DNA of 63,886 nt, filler included, from Octopus bimaculoides (GCF_001194135.2; 6 parts of 5 records of this genome joined end to end with filler, not necessarily neighbours in it); one strand, 5' to 3'; positions 12,546-26,654 are shown, counted from the first letter of the whole stretch. Made by a program: numbers and translations. Notes: a model not told the origin generated them from the sequence alone.

Positions 12546-13827
12546 ATATACTACACTATATATATATANNNNNNNNNNNNNNNNNNNNNNNNNNNNNNNN
12601 NNNNNNNNNNNNNNNNNNNNNNNNNNNNNNNNNNNNNNNNNNNNNNNNNNNNNNNNNNNNNNNNNNNNNNNNNNNNNNNNNNNNNNNNNNNNNNNNNNNN
12701 NNNNNNNNNNNNNNNNNNNNNNNNNNNNNNNNNNNNNNNNNNNNNNNNNNNNNNNNNNNNNNNNNNNNNNNNNNNNNNNNNNNNNNNNNNNNNNNNNNNN
12801 NNNNNNNNNNNNNNNNNNNNNNNNNNNNNNNNNNNNNNNNNNNNNNNNNNNNNNNNNNNNNNNNNNNNNNNNNNNNNNNNNNNNNNNNNNNNNNNNNNNN
12901 NNNNNNNNNNNNNNNNNNNNNNNNNNNNNNNNNNNNNNNNNNNNNNNNNNNNNNNNNNNNNNNNNNNNNNNNNNNNNNNNNNNNNNNNNNNNNNNNNNNN
13001 NNNNNNNNNNNNNNNNNNNNNNNNNNNNNNNNNNNNNNNNNNNNNNNNNNNNNNNNNNNNNNNNNNNNNTATATATATATAATATTAATTAATAGGAGAT
13101 GGATTCAATATTAAACCTTTATCGAACATATGTTTCGACCCATTAGTTCATGTCTCACCAAGTACATCGATCAAGATACGTCTCACTAAAGACATTTAGT
13201 GTCGGCTGGCTTGTTGTTTAATACTGAATCCATCACTTGTTAGTTAATATTATTACCCTAACTGCCACTGCGGAGTTCCTGAAGTAGATCCAACGGAAGA
13301 GTAACACAACTGAGATGTATTCTACTCAACATTTAAACACACTAATCGGCTTTTACCTATTTTTCCAAACTGCTGTTGATCCAAAGAAGGACAGGAGTTT
13401 AGATAAACAATAGATAACCTAATGACCAACTTAGATAGGTAGTTAAATATAATTTCAGGGACTGTGCAGAAGAAATATTTCTATATGTTCGCTTGTGTAC
13501 TTGTGTATTTGTGCGTGTCTGTTTGTATATGTGTGTGGGATAGGTTCGGATTAGTTGCTATAGTCATTTTACAACAATAAAAAAAGCGAAAAGGAACTTT
13601 TATTAACACATACGCAGTCACAAATTTTATTACCATGTATCTCTGTCTTAGCGTTATGACAAACGAAAGTTCAGCTTACAAGAAATGAATAAATACAATC
13701 TACTGTATCTATAGGGTAAACTAAATCTTACATACTTATCAGCTCTGTCACACACACGCAAAGGTACAAACGAACATACACAGGATTTTCAAAAAATACT
13801 TACACTTGTACATGTTTGTGTAAATAC

Positions 13828-13858
<31 letters not shown>

Positions 13859-14580
13859 CTTATATAGTACATGCAAAGATAAATATTTTAACAGACACTC
13901 CACAGTCACAAATACGCATACACACGTATACAAACTCACTCACACACACGCACCTACATACGACCATACACACATACACACAAGCAAATCGTATCAATCA
14001 TGTAACCCATATTCGGATACATCAAAGTATTCCTGATTTCAATCACAATGAGCTCTTGCATGAAGCATCTGCACTACACACAAACATAACTACTACACAC
14101 TCATAAACCAACACAGATAGAAATTCACATATTCCTATCTGCGCAAACACATCCCATACTTATAATGTTAAGCTGGCATAAATATAACTTGCTACAATAA
14201 AGTCTTGTCAAAATTATTTACCGCTATAGATGCCTCGAAGCTTTATTTATATTCTTGCTTCTTTGGTTCCGTTATTCTATTTCGAAATTCCTACAGAATA
14301 AGATATTATGATATATGAAAAATAATTCCCAGACGTAACGAAAATATGAGGGAAGTCTTTTGAAGATTTGCTAATCAGGAAATGGTTCGTTTCGTCTGGT
14401 TATATCGATACGGCCATTATAAATGAAGAGATCATGAGCGGGACGGGGAAAGTGAGACTGGGTTGTGGAGGTTTTGTTAGAAAGGAAAACGGAGGGAAAG
14501 GAAGAGCATGTGTGTATGTGTGTATGGTGTGAGTGCGTGTGTGCGCGTGTATACAAGGGCACGTTTGTGTGTGTGTGTGC

Positions 14581-14648
<68 letters not shown>

Positions 14649-14790
14649 GTGTGTTTGAGTAGTTATGTTGTGAGGAATAAATATCATGGATGTGCAGTTG
14701 AAAAACAAATTCAACGTATCATTTGAATTAGCGCTTATTACATTCCACAATGATACACATGTGCACGTACAAACATACACATACATACAG

Positions 14791-14833
<43 letters not shown>

Positions 14834-15349
14834 NNNNNNNNNNNNNNNNNNNNNNNNNNNNNNNNNNNNNNNNNNNNNNNNNNNNNNNNNNNNNNNNNNN
14901 NNNNNNNNNNNNNNNNNNNNNNNNNNNNNNNNNNNNNNNNNNNNNNNNNNNNNNNNNNNNNNNNNNNNNNNNNNNNNNNNNNNNNNNNNNNNNNNNNNNN
15001 NNNNNNNNNNNNNNNNNNNNNNNNNNNNNNNNNNNNNNNNNNNNNNNNNNNNNNNNNNNNNNNNNNNNNNNNNNNNNNNNNNNNNNNNNNNNNNNNNNNN
15101 NNNNNNNNNNNNNNNNNNNNNNNNNNNNNNNNNNNNNNNNNNNNNNNNNNNNNNNNNNNNNNNNNNNNNNNNNNNNNNNNNNNNNNNNNNNNNNNNNNNN
15201 NNNNNNNNNNNNNNNNNNNNNNNNNNNNNNNNNNNNNNNNNNNNNNNNNNNNNNNNNNNNNNNNNNNNNNNNNNNNNNNNNNNNNNNNNNNNNNNNNNNN
15301 NNNNNNNNNNNNNNNNNNNNNNNNNNNNNNNNNNNNNNNNNNNNNNNNN

Positions 15350-15382
<33 letters not shown>

Positions 15383-16224
15383 TTATATACACATACACAT
15401 GCACACACACACACACACCGATATGTGCTTGTTCATGCACTTGTGGAGTATTCATAAAAAATATCTTTGAATGTCCGATGTGAAGCAAACGACACACTCA
15501 TACTTAATGTTAGGTTCTATAAATGTTCCCAAGTTTTCTTTCTGCTGTCCTTTGATCTCTATTGCCTCTACCAAATTTAGAGTACTTACGTATGAATAGA
15601 CAGCCTATGACTTGGCTGTTTCCATTGATGTTATTGTTACTTATGTCTAAAGCAAGCGAGTGCAGTATTATATTTAAAACTGCCAGACTGATTTATACAG
15701 TTTTACTTCTCTGTTTATTCAACCCGCCATTTATGACATTATTTGGTATGTTTTTAGTCTGCGCATGACCTTAGGGAAGGCAGAGGACTCATACATTTGT
15801 GATATTGTGAAATATGGTTGCTATTACATTAGTTAGCACTTTGTGGTTATTTCCATTATCATACTCTCGTATGATTAACACAAAATGACTATACTATATA
15901 CAAGGTTTAATTCGAAGACTTATTTAAGCTCTGGTAAGTATCAACAACCGCCAGTAGATTTTCAGTGTTTACATATCTGTGCAAGCATGGGTGTACATAT
16001 GCGTGTGTGTTTGGTGTCTGCGTGTGTGTGTGTGTGTGTGCGTGTGCGTGTACCTTGTGTGCGCCTCCGTTTGTGCATATGAGTGCATAAGGCTGTATTT
16101 AGGCAATTATTTTTAAAAAAACAGCTTTTATGGATCTATACTTTTAATTTTTTTTTATGCGTTTCAGCCCAATGTTTGTGGCCACGCCGGGGCATCGCCA
16201 GTGTGTGTGTATGTACATATCAAT

Positions 16225-16420
16225 ATATATAGCTGCGTGGTAAGAAGTTTGCTTCTTCATTCAGAATCTCTATGCATGAGACTGTGTTTGTCTCCCATCA
16301 CCACTTAACAACAGGTGACGGTGTGTTTACGTCCCTGTAGCTTATCGTTCGGCAAAAGAGAGTGACATATTAAGCAGCAGGCTATAAAATTATAAGTATT
16401 TGGGTTGATTCTTTCGACTA
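16225..16420 (+). mobile_element. Degraded SINE, family C
   Basis: GCTGCGTGGTAAGAAGTTTGCTT head and TTTACGTCCCTGTAGCTTATCGTTCGGCAAAAGAG body, as in the 18.65 kb copy. Confidence 0.65.
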
Positions 16421-16464
16421 CACTTCTTCAAGATTGAAAGCAGTAAAAAATAAAAGACAGGGAT

Positions 16465-16499
<35 letters not shown>

Positions 16500-18650
16500 T
16501 ACATAGATAGATAGATGCTTCACACGAGCTCCGTAAAACAAAGCGTTTTTATGCATAACTTGTCTTTCTCCAAACTATGACTTGCATATTCTACCAAACT
16601 TGCTTTGTATGTCTATAATATCGACAATTATAGTATTTGCTCTAAATTAAAAGATCGGTGCTGGGACTCGCAACAGCAAACTGGAGGAGTAGGTGTCCTT
16701 GCAACTTATGTATGGAGGAGGTACATGGAATTGTATTAACGAATATCAGGCGCCTTCTTAATAGAGTTTGTTGTGAAATTGACCTTAATTCATGCACTGG
16801 AAGAGCAGAACGTTCTGAAATAATCGGAATAGAAACTGACATGAACTACGATGAGATACGCTAGTATAGTAATGGCCATAAGATGGGCACGGAAATAATA
16901 GTCACAAATTTGCCATGGTCTTCCTACTACATTTTGTAAAAACCCAATCTGAACATCCCATGCACGAACTTCAGATTCATCCTAGCAAAAATATGAACAT
17001 ACTCTGCCTACATTCGGTCAAGTATGTACAATACAGGGGAAAATCACATGCATTAGACATAATACATGCCTCGGCAGAATATTTTATGCATCACGTAAGA
17101 CCGAGGTCTAAGCTTTGAGAACCGCATGGCCTTAGATAATCTAACATTGTTTTCTGAATACTAACGTTAGCGTGCGTTAATGGGTGCGCGAGGGTTTCGG
17201 GTGAAAGAGAAGTGTAACTTGAGAAAATTTGATTGCCGCATTGTGGTATCTGACACAGATACCCACTTCTAGATGCTTCGGTGAGCATATATTTATGTTT
17301 GAATGTATCACTCTGTGTTGTACATGTGTCTGTATGGGATACATAATTCGAGATGCTATTGCATGAAAGTGATACGGTGAGTGGTCACCACAGATTATGG
17401 AAATTGCTATGCGCATAACGTAAAAGAACAAACTAGCGATTTGCTTTATTTTTTATAACCTGCATTACTTCGATTTTATATAATCTTTAAAAGTCATATA
17501 CATACATAGATACATATCCAAAATATATGTGCGGCATTATTCTATCCTTTTTTTATATATAGACTGGCCCTTAAGCTAGCTCCAGTGTTGGATAGCAATC
17601 AATTTATCAATTTTCAATCCGCATATATACAAACACGAAACACGACTGTATGTATATGGGTCCATATTCAAATACATGTACACACGCACCCACATACACA
17701 CACTTACACATACACACACACACACAAATACACACACACATACACACACCAAACATCACATACTATTTGTGATTTTCATTTGTGATTTTCATTTATAATT
17801 TTTGTCGACTTCACTTACTTTCTATCTTGATAATGTAATTTTTGTATTTTTATATGAATCAATACAGCTCTTAGCACTTTACCAGAAATTTATGTTTTTT
17901 GAGAAGACAAAACCAACAAAAACCAAAAGAAACAAACCTATATTAGTGCTACAATATTGAAAAATTCAATTATATTTGTGACAACCACCTAATATTGTAT
18001 CTTCTATTACTGATAGGTGAAATCTGTGTATGTCTCTCACTGTTTCGTTGTTGTGGCTTTGTTATATTCTTTTAGATGGCAAGTATTTGCAAGTTAAACG
18101 TTGTCTATTTCTTTCTCAATGAAGTAATATTTTTTCTACACTTCTTATATGTTATATAAGACTGTAAATAGAAGTTGTCCTAGGACGAACTACGTAACAT
18201 TCTTTATTGTTTAGTGAGTTTCCCTTTTATTTTATTGCTTTAATCACTGAAGGTTGACTTTGAGAGTGCACAGCACTACGTGGTCTTATTCAGTCAAATC
18301 GGCCCAAGTACTTATTTTAAATTTCGTGGTTAATCTATCGTTCTTTAATAATCTTTTACCGTTAGTTATGCTCCTGAACACTGAGCCTAAACAAGTCTAC
18401 TGCCAAAGAAAAAGAAAACAAATGGAAAAGAAAATGATGGCTATTTAAATAGAATATGAACAATTTAGCATTAAACAGAAGTATCTTTCCTTTCAATACT
18501 TTTTCTTTAGACCATGCTACATGTTTATTAAATATTTACAAGGATAGGAGTGACAGTGCCTTCGAAGTTTCAGCCTGCTGGCGTCGTCAATACAGTCTGT
18601 CACAGCTAAACTTCGAATTCACTTTCACCCCACTTCCTGTAAAAGAATGT

Positions 18651-19022
18651 GTGGAGTGGCTGTGTGGTAAGTAGCTTGCTTACCAACCATATGGTCCCGG
18701 GTTCAGTCCCACTGCGTGGCACCTTGTGCAAGTGTCTTCTTCTATAGCCTCGGGCTGACCAAAGCCTTGTGAGTGGATTTGGTACACGGAAACGGAAACA
18801 AGCCCGNNNNNNNNNNCTGTGTTCCCCCAACATCGCTTGACAACCGATGCTGGTGTGTTTATGTCCCCATAACTTAGCGGTTCGGCAAAAGAGACCGATA
18901 GAATAAGTACTAGGCATCCAAAGAATAAGTCCTGGGGTTGGTTTGCTTGACTAAAGGCGGTGCTCCAGCATGGCCGCAGTCAAATGACTGAAACAAATAA
19001 AAGAGTAAGAGTAAAAGAGAGT
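18651..19022 (+). mobile_element. Near-complete tRNA-derived SINE, family C, with CR1-like tail
   Basis: Head GGCTGTGTGGTAAGTAGCTTGCTT..GGGTTCAGTCCC; body ACTTAGCGGTTCGGCAAAAGAGACCGATAG; tail GCTCCAGCATGGCCGCAGTCAAATGACTGAAAC followed by TAAAAGAG-type repeats. Confidence 0.85.
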
Positions 19023-19622
19023 ATGTCATTATTCTGTTTGATTTCTAGATTACTTACTAATAGAAGAAGTGCTGGTTTCTAACCTAGATCCAGGGTTCCT
19101 TCATTCGAATTTCAACATCAACAACAGGATATGCATGTATGTCTGTATGTATGTATGAATACGAACCAGGTATTATAGTGAAAGGCACTTAACCAATATA
19201 TGGAGCAGTGAAATTGAACCCGAATCTATGCGCTGCAATACAAACGTCGTAAACGCACTGACATGACATTTTTAAAATTGTCTCCTTATTTTTAAAATTT
19301 ACATCGCAGCTGATGAATACAGCAAAGTAGTAATCACCAGGAAAACGCGGTCTACTTCATTCTTGATGATGACAGTAACCGTATACAGACTGAATATTGC
19401 AAGGGAATTTCTTTATGCAAATCATCTATTTTTGTGGTAGAGGAAGCTCTCAATCTGAAGCTTACTCCATGCTTCACTGATTTATATTGTGAATTTTTGT
19501 GGTAACGGAATCGTAACCGAAGACAAATGTTTGCGAAACGAAGTTTTTTAAAATCCCAGTCCTATGCTAATTCATTTAGTCAAAGATAATTTCATCTCTC
19601 ATAGTATATCATTCTGAAGACA

Positions 19623-19840
19623 GAGGCGGTGAGCTGGCAGAATCGTTAGCACACCGGGTGAAACGTATAGTGGTATTTCGTCTGCTGCTGTTTTCTGAGT
19701 TCAAATTTCACCGAGGTCGATCTTGTTTTTCATCCATTCCTGGTCGATAAATTAGGTACCAGTTGAGTACTGGGGTCGATGTGATCGATTGTCTCCCTCC
19801 CCATAATATACAGGCTTCGTGCCTATAATAGAAAGGATAA
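19623..19840 (+). mobile_element. tRNA-derived SINE, family A
   Basis: GGCGGTGAGCTGGCAGAATCGTTAGC..GAGTTCAAATTTCACCGAGGTCGA..ACTGGGGTCGATGTGATCGA..TAGAAAGGAT. Confidence 0.85.
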
Positions 19841-20566
19841 TATATCATTCTGGAGGCATAACTTCGATATCAAGCAGTTTTATAATTCTATGATAACTAT
19901 AATTTTGATTGTTCTGTTTCATTCAAAAGCAACTTGTGAATATATCCGATTACCTTGATCACTACCACCATTTTAGATTCTTTGTTTACGTATGCATGTA
20001 AGAGAAGAAACAAGAGGGGACCAGGATCAGTTGTTTGTACAATTTCAATTATGACAACCGACTTTGCGGATAGGATTCTGGAAAATCACTTTTACTTTAG
20101 AATTTCGGGAAATCAGACAAACCTATAACCCATTTATGTTAGTGTTTTTAAGGTTTCACATAGCATTCGTTAGTCAAATTTATGCAAGTCTTGGTGAAAT
20201 CAAAATTGTAGAATGGAAGCATGAGTTTGATAGACGATTCCTCATTCTGGGCATGTGTTGCAGAATACCTATTGGGTGTTTTATGAAAATGTCAAAATAA
20301 TCGCATTTTATTGTGTGACTGTGGTAGTAAATAGTTATGGGTTTGTTGTACGACACCTCAACTGGAGCTCACTTGGAGCATAATTATATACATACACTCA
20401 TACATGCATCTACATGGGTGTATGCATACATACACCAATACATGCATATATACATTGACTTTTAGACATTAAGTTGTAGCCCTACACACATATGTGTGAA
20501 AAGGCGGCTTCGTCACCCCTGGAATAACTTTCAGCACAGTTGTACTCTGCCAAAAGNNNNNNNNNN

Positions 20567-20604
<38 letters not shown>

Positions 20605-20979
20605 GGTATCTCAGAATACTTTAATCTTGTAGTGTTGTCGAAGTAATTTACTTTCCTAGAAGCTATAGTTCCCAGTGTTAATGTTAATGTTATCTTTAAT
20701 TAAAATGTCACAGAACATTACAACGCAAACCGAAATGAAGTATTTGAAATGTTACATAGAATATTTATTGTCTACTTATAATTGTTTGTATAGATTATAT
20801 TATTTAATAAAGCGATATTAATTATCTTGATAGTACAATCATGTGATTATGTATATATTAATTATTGAATTATCATCCTCCAGACACCACCACAGATATT
20901 CGTTCTCTGAACCGTTTAACAACATGCAGAAACCCGGACAAACACACATACGATCATTGTTGATAAACACACGCAAACA

Positions 20980-21032
<53 letters not shown>

Positions 21033-21432
21033 ACGCGTGTGTGTCTGTGCACGCGCGTGTGTGTGTGCATGTATGTATACACTCGTAAGCAAATATACTG
21101 TCAGTTGAGTCAGACGTACTGAGTCAGCCTTATTGGTAACTGCAAATTTTCACTAGAATATGATAAACATTTACTTGATACACATATATTTACAAACTGT
21201 CAGAAGTATAAGAAATTCTGAATAATTCAATCCTGAAGTAGCAAACAGAAAAGCTAACTTGCGGTGATTGAATAGTTTAGTTACATACCGGATACACATT
21301 GAAGGTGCCTAATTTGGTAGCAATTGTCCGATAGTGCAGTCGCAAACCTGATCACTATGTAATACTATTGGTTGTTAAGCTATGAATATGTAGTTAATTT
21401 TCTGTCAAGTAATACTTGGGTTATAATTAAAG

Positions 21433-21474
<42 letters not shown>

Positions 21475-21543
21475 TCACACACACACACACACACACGCTC
21501 GCACACACACACACACATACACACACACACACACACACATATA

Positions 21544-21585
<42 letters not shown>

Positions 21586-22519
21586 TACATATATATGTAT
21601 TTATGTATGTATGTATGCACATCTCTGTTTACCACGATGAGTTTACTGGTCGTGCAAACATAATCAGATATATCCTAGTCGTGACAATCCACACATTCAA
21701 GTGATTTGTTGCATTTCGCTATTTAATGTAGTGCTTTCCTAAAGTATGTTTCTGAACTATTTATAAAATGGTCGGTGGCTGTGACCAAAACATTACCCGG
21801 GTTTGTGTTTACCATATGTTACCATATGTGTGTTTGTATGAGTTATTTGTGCGTGTGTGTGTGTGTGTGTGTTTGCACATAAACGTATAAGCAATACTCG
21901 GTTATATGAACAAATAACCGATATTCAGCGCAACATGGAAGCGAAATGTGTGTGTGTGTGTGTGTCTGCATTTATGTAAGTGAATGTGTGCATGCGTACA
22001 TATTTTTGCTAATAAATGTGTGTGTGTATGCATGTGTGTGTGTGCGCGCGCGCGTATAAATAATCTATCTATCTACATTATTTTCATTTACCATATATTT
22101 TCTGATGTTGTGGTAGAAAAGCGCTTATCCACACTACTGAGATTATTCGGATGCTGTGTACGTCAAAAAGTATGAGTTTCCCACAAAGATGTATATTTTG
22201 ACGATCCCATAACCCGCTTGACTAACGGCTATATATACTAAAACCAGAAAAAAAATGCTGCACATTAGCAGTTTTATTCCTTGTGTATAACATGTTAACA
22301 TGCTTAACTGTTTCATGATGATTAAAAGTCTCTGCGCAACAGTTGCTTAAGTAGCTATAGCTAACTTTAATTGAATGCTTATTGTAAATTTGACAATATG
22401 TAGGTGAATTACAACGCTTTCTTGTTATACTTAAGAAACAGCTAACTACATATTTGTATTTCTAAAAACTTGTAGATGCTATCGGTCCAGCATGGCGAAT
22501 GATTGGAAAAAAAGGTTGA

Positions 22520-22665
22520 AAGCCGAACTTTATCTTATTCCTTTCTGTTGAAGAGCGTAGGCTCGAAATGTAAAATACGTTTTCCTTTTCCCGAGCGTCA
22601 AAATTACTACGCTTGCTTGTTGTTCGTACAGCTGTCTTCGTCTTTTGTTTTTCTATAAATTTCAA
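22520..22665 (+). mobile_element. Repeat resembling a PLE terminal repeat (pLTR), with hammerhead-like core
   Basis: TTGAAGAGCGTAGGCTCGAAATGTA; about 120 bp homologous to 35270-35400. Confidence 0.55.
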
Positions 22666-23695
22666 CTAACTATTATATGTATTTTGTACTGCCAGCAGAC
22701 TATAAATATATGCCTACATTTTCTACGTTCTTCCACCGTATGTGCAATATGAATGAAATAACCAGGGCTGACCTTTCTGCCCTGCTATAGGAACATCTAA
22801 GCCCTCGTTTCCATCTGTGTGCCCTGAACAAAAGGATCATGATAATCAAATAATCTAATCTTTGCATCCAAAAGTAATATTGATGCCGGTATCGTTTATG
22901 TATGTGTAATGTAAATGAAAACAAGAGTAGATCTCAAGATGTGAAAGAAGAGAATTCCATATCACACTGAACAAACTTTAATTAATTTTGTTATTAAATC
23001 ACTTGATGGCGCAACTACTGTTCAACGGTTGCAAGTTAGTTGCTAATCTGGACCCAATTTCGCTACTAATAATATCTAATTTACTTTTCATTGGGTTGTT
23101 TATACTGCATATAAGGTCCGCTCCAAAATGACTCCGTTGTCTTTATATATAAAAAACAACATATAGTGTACGTCAGATGACGTACTCTATAAGTGTTGTA
23201 TTCAACGCTTTGCTAAGTTTCACTCCTTGCATATTGCGTTGCAGATGATGTGACTGTTTATACGTAAGCGGTTGTGATATTGTTTAGCATGAGTGTGCTG
23301 TATGTGTATTTGTTAATGGAATTTCATATAAACGTTCACTGCTGCCCCTGGTCTCTTCAAATCGAGATCCAAGATTACAATGGTGAGCATCTCACCATTT
23401 TATCATATTTTATTTCTAGTTTATACTTGCGAATGAAGTGATCTGGACAGCTACGAAACGTCTAAGTAACTTAACTCATTGAACTGGCGTCAAGTAAGTA
23501 ATTTTTCAAGAGTTCGAAAATATACGCACACAGGCACACACATACACACAACAATACACACGGACACACTAACGTATATTTACGTATGTATATACATGTA
23601 TACACTTGTATATATGCGTGTGTGTCTGTATTTAAGAATATATCTGTGTATATACGAATTTGATTGTATAAATTTAGATCTATCTATATACACAG

Positions 23696-24943
23696 ACATG
23701 CAGAAAGTAAATAGACACCTTTAATGTTCAAAATCTTTTATTAAAGCGAACAATTGAAATGTAATCGATAGGTAGGACTACATACTTTAGTATTTAGTTG
23801 ACTTTCCCTTTGCAGTCTTTAATTCAGAAACTCTTTTTGGCATTGAACTGATGAGCTTCGTGATCGTCTCTTGTGGAATTTATGCCCACTTTTCACGCAA
23901 CAAGCGAAACAATTCATCTTTCGATTTAGATTTCTGTCGAGTTTTTTCGTATAGCTCTATCTAGTATGCTCCAAAGATTTTCAGTTGGGTTCATGTCAGG
24001 ATTGGCTTGGCCAAGGAAGTTTTTTGATCCCATTTTCAGTCAGCCATTGTTGATTCCTTTTTTCTGTGTGGAATGGAGCCCTATCTTCCATGAATAAAGA
24101 CTCACTTTTCGTTGTAATCGTATGAAGTAGTCCTTGCTTAAGTATTTCGATATATTTTTCAGAATTTATGGTTCAAACACATTCGATCAGCTCAGAACGA
24201 CCATTGCTGGTGACAGCTCCCCATAGCATTACAAAGATACCACCATGTTTCACAGTTAGTTGGAGTCATTTCAAATCAAATTCTTGATTGGGAAGCCTCC
24301 AGACCCCCAAAAAGTCCACTGTCTGAAAATAATGAAAATCTGGATTCATCTGAGAAAATAACTCTATCCCAGAATGAACTGGATTTTTCTGACATCTCCT
24401 TAGCCTATTTCTTTCTTTTATGATATTAATTGGTTGAAGGAGAGTTTTTCTTCTAGCTGCTCGTCCATAATACCCAAACTTATGCAGATATGTAACACAC
24501 GTTCTTGGACTAACTTCTAGCTGTTTTGCAATGTGAGAAGCTTTCGAACGGGTTTCGTTTTCCATAATTCTCTTCAAACAGCGAAGCTTCCTTTCCGAGG
24601 GCCCAGGTCGGCCAGAACAAGAATCTGTTGATTGTTTTCCTTGGTTTTTTGATTTGCACTATAATTCTATCAACAGTAGCAAGAGGAATTTGAAGATTTT
24701 CGGCAAATCTTCGCTGGCTAAGACCAGCCTCAGATTGCCCAACAATACGACCTTTTTGAAAATCTGATAGTTCTGCTGAGTATTTTGTGTGTGACATGGT
24801 TACTCTTCACAAATATTTAATATAATGGCACCTGGAATGAAGAAGAATAATTACATTGTAAATTCTACACCGCTGAAAACATATTAAGACGCTTAGATCA
24901 GAAATTTTGGAAAATTAAAGGTGTCTATTTACTCCCTGCATGT
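23696..24943 (-). mobile_element. Full-length decayed Tc1 (DD34E-type) transposon with 30-bp TIRs
   Basis: TIRs 23696-23725 and 24914-24943 differ at 2 positions; ORFs 24510..24797 (ELSDFQKGRIVG helix-turn-helix) and 24266..24577; downstream TVKHGG, MEDRAPFH and LPWPSQS. Confidence 0.92.
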
Positions 24944-25051
24944 GTGTGTGTAAGTACATATGTAAAAATCGAACAAGAGAGAAATGCAAAGGGAAAGAGA
25001 GTGTGTTTCAGAGAGACAGTGCGTGTCAGAGAGAGGGAGAGAGAGGGAGAG

Positions 25052-25097
<46 letters not shown>

Positions 25098-25660
25098 GAG
25101 AGCGAGAGAGAATTGTGGGAGGCAAGCGATACGGGAAAGTTAAGACACGGTTGAATGAAAGCGAAAAAATTATAATGTACAATGCATTTCTTAAGTAATA
25201 TCAAATTAAGACAGTGATACAAACACCCAGACGTGTAGCCAGACAGAGATAAACAAAGGCCACATTTAAAAAGTACTCTTGATGTTCCAACAAAATAATC
25301 TCACTAATAACAATATATACGAAAAAACAATCGCAAAATATCATACCATATCTTTATTCATCCATCAATGTTACTAAACCGATAAGCTTTAAATATTGTT
25401 TCACACATATACCTGCTAGCTGAAATGATTCCTTTCATCTTGTTCTATTTACTTCAAATTTGCCTTACCTGACCAATGGCAAATTCACAGAGACAGCAAG
25501 CACTATTTCTCATTACGTACAATTCATTTTTACATTAAAATCCTTTGAAGTAACAAAGTAACGGTATTATAGAGATATTGGTCTCTCTTTCTCTCCCTCT
25601 CTCTCACTTTCTTTCTCTCTCTTCGCCCATTGCATATATATATATATATATATATATATA

Positions 25661-25760
25661 NNNNNNNNNNNNNNNNNNNNNNNNNNNNNNNNNNNNNNNN
25701 NNNNTTAATTAATTAANNNNNNNNNNNNNNNNNNNNNNNNNNNNNNNNNNNNNNNNNNNN
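25661..25760. other. Artificial assembly spacer N44-TTAATTAATTAA-N44 (also at 29363, 42373, 48214, 62253)
   Basis: The same 12-mer, with stops in all six frames, is centred in five 100-nt N blocks. Confidence 0.95.
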
Positions 25761-25871
25761 ATATATATATATAATTATATAATATGTAATTATGCATATT
25801 TATCATTTATATATTAGATATATGTTGCACATATATAATATACACATGTATGTATATTTTACAAATATTAT

Positions 25872-25910
<39 letters not shown>

Positions 25911-26161
25911 GAAATATATATATATACATATATTTACGCACATATATGTGCATATATATATATACGTATGTATGTATGTATATATGCACACGCATTCTGG
26001 CGTTCAACTACACACATACATTCTTTTGAATTGGCAGAGTTTATATAATTATATATATACATATACATAACTCACAAACGCGCACACACACACACATATG
26101 TGCATATGCTAACGTATGATGATGTATATGTACATATATTTGTGTATATAAACAAGTGTGC

Positions 26162-26204
<43 letters not shown>

Positions 26205-26566
26205 ATATGGAGAATTAATCTATTGGTTTAGAAATGGCAATTAACGATAGAGAAAAATCATTTAATCTACCATACAGCGTCCGAAAATATTAAGAAATTT
26301 ATTTCCTAAATCAATTTACTCGTTAGAGGATTTCTAGATTTCATACAAGGAACGCGGGATCGATTCTCGACAGGAGAAAGCAATTATTTATGAGCGTAAG
26401 AAACCTGATTCTCAATCGCATGGTTTCGTTACCATGTTCACAGCACAGCAAATTGGCCAAGAGTCTTCCACCAATGTCTCGCGCTTACCAAGGCATTTTG
26501 CGTAAATTTGGGAGATTTACTGGAAGAAGCCGGTTGTGTGTGTGTGTTTGTGTATGTATGAGTGTG

Positions 26567-26597
<31 letters not shown>

Positions 26598-26605
26598 CTA
26601 CATAG

Positions 26606-26636
<31 letters not shown>

Positions 26637-26654
26637 TTATTTACTTATTTATTT

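Noticed and set aside
19623-19710. tRNA-like A and B boxes
   Set aside because: SINE heads; no complete cloverleaf.
25705-25716. Recurring TTAATTAATTAA motif (5 copies)
   Set aside because: Always centred in 100-nt N blocks; an artificial six-frame-stop scaffold linker.
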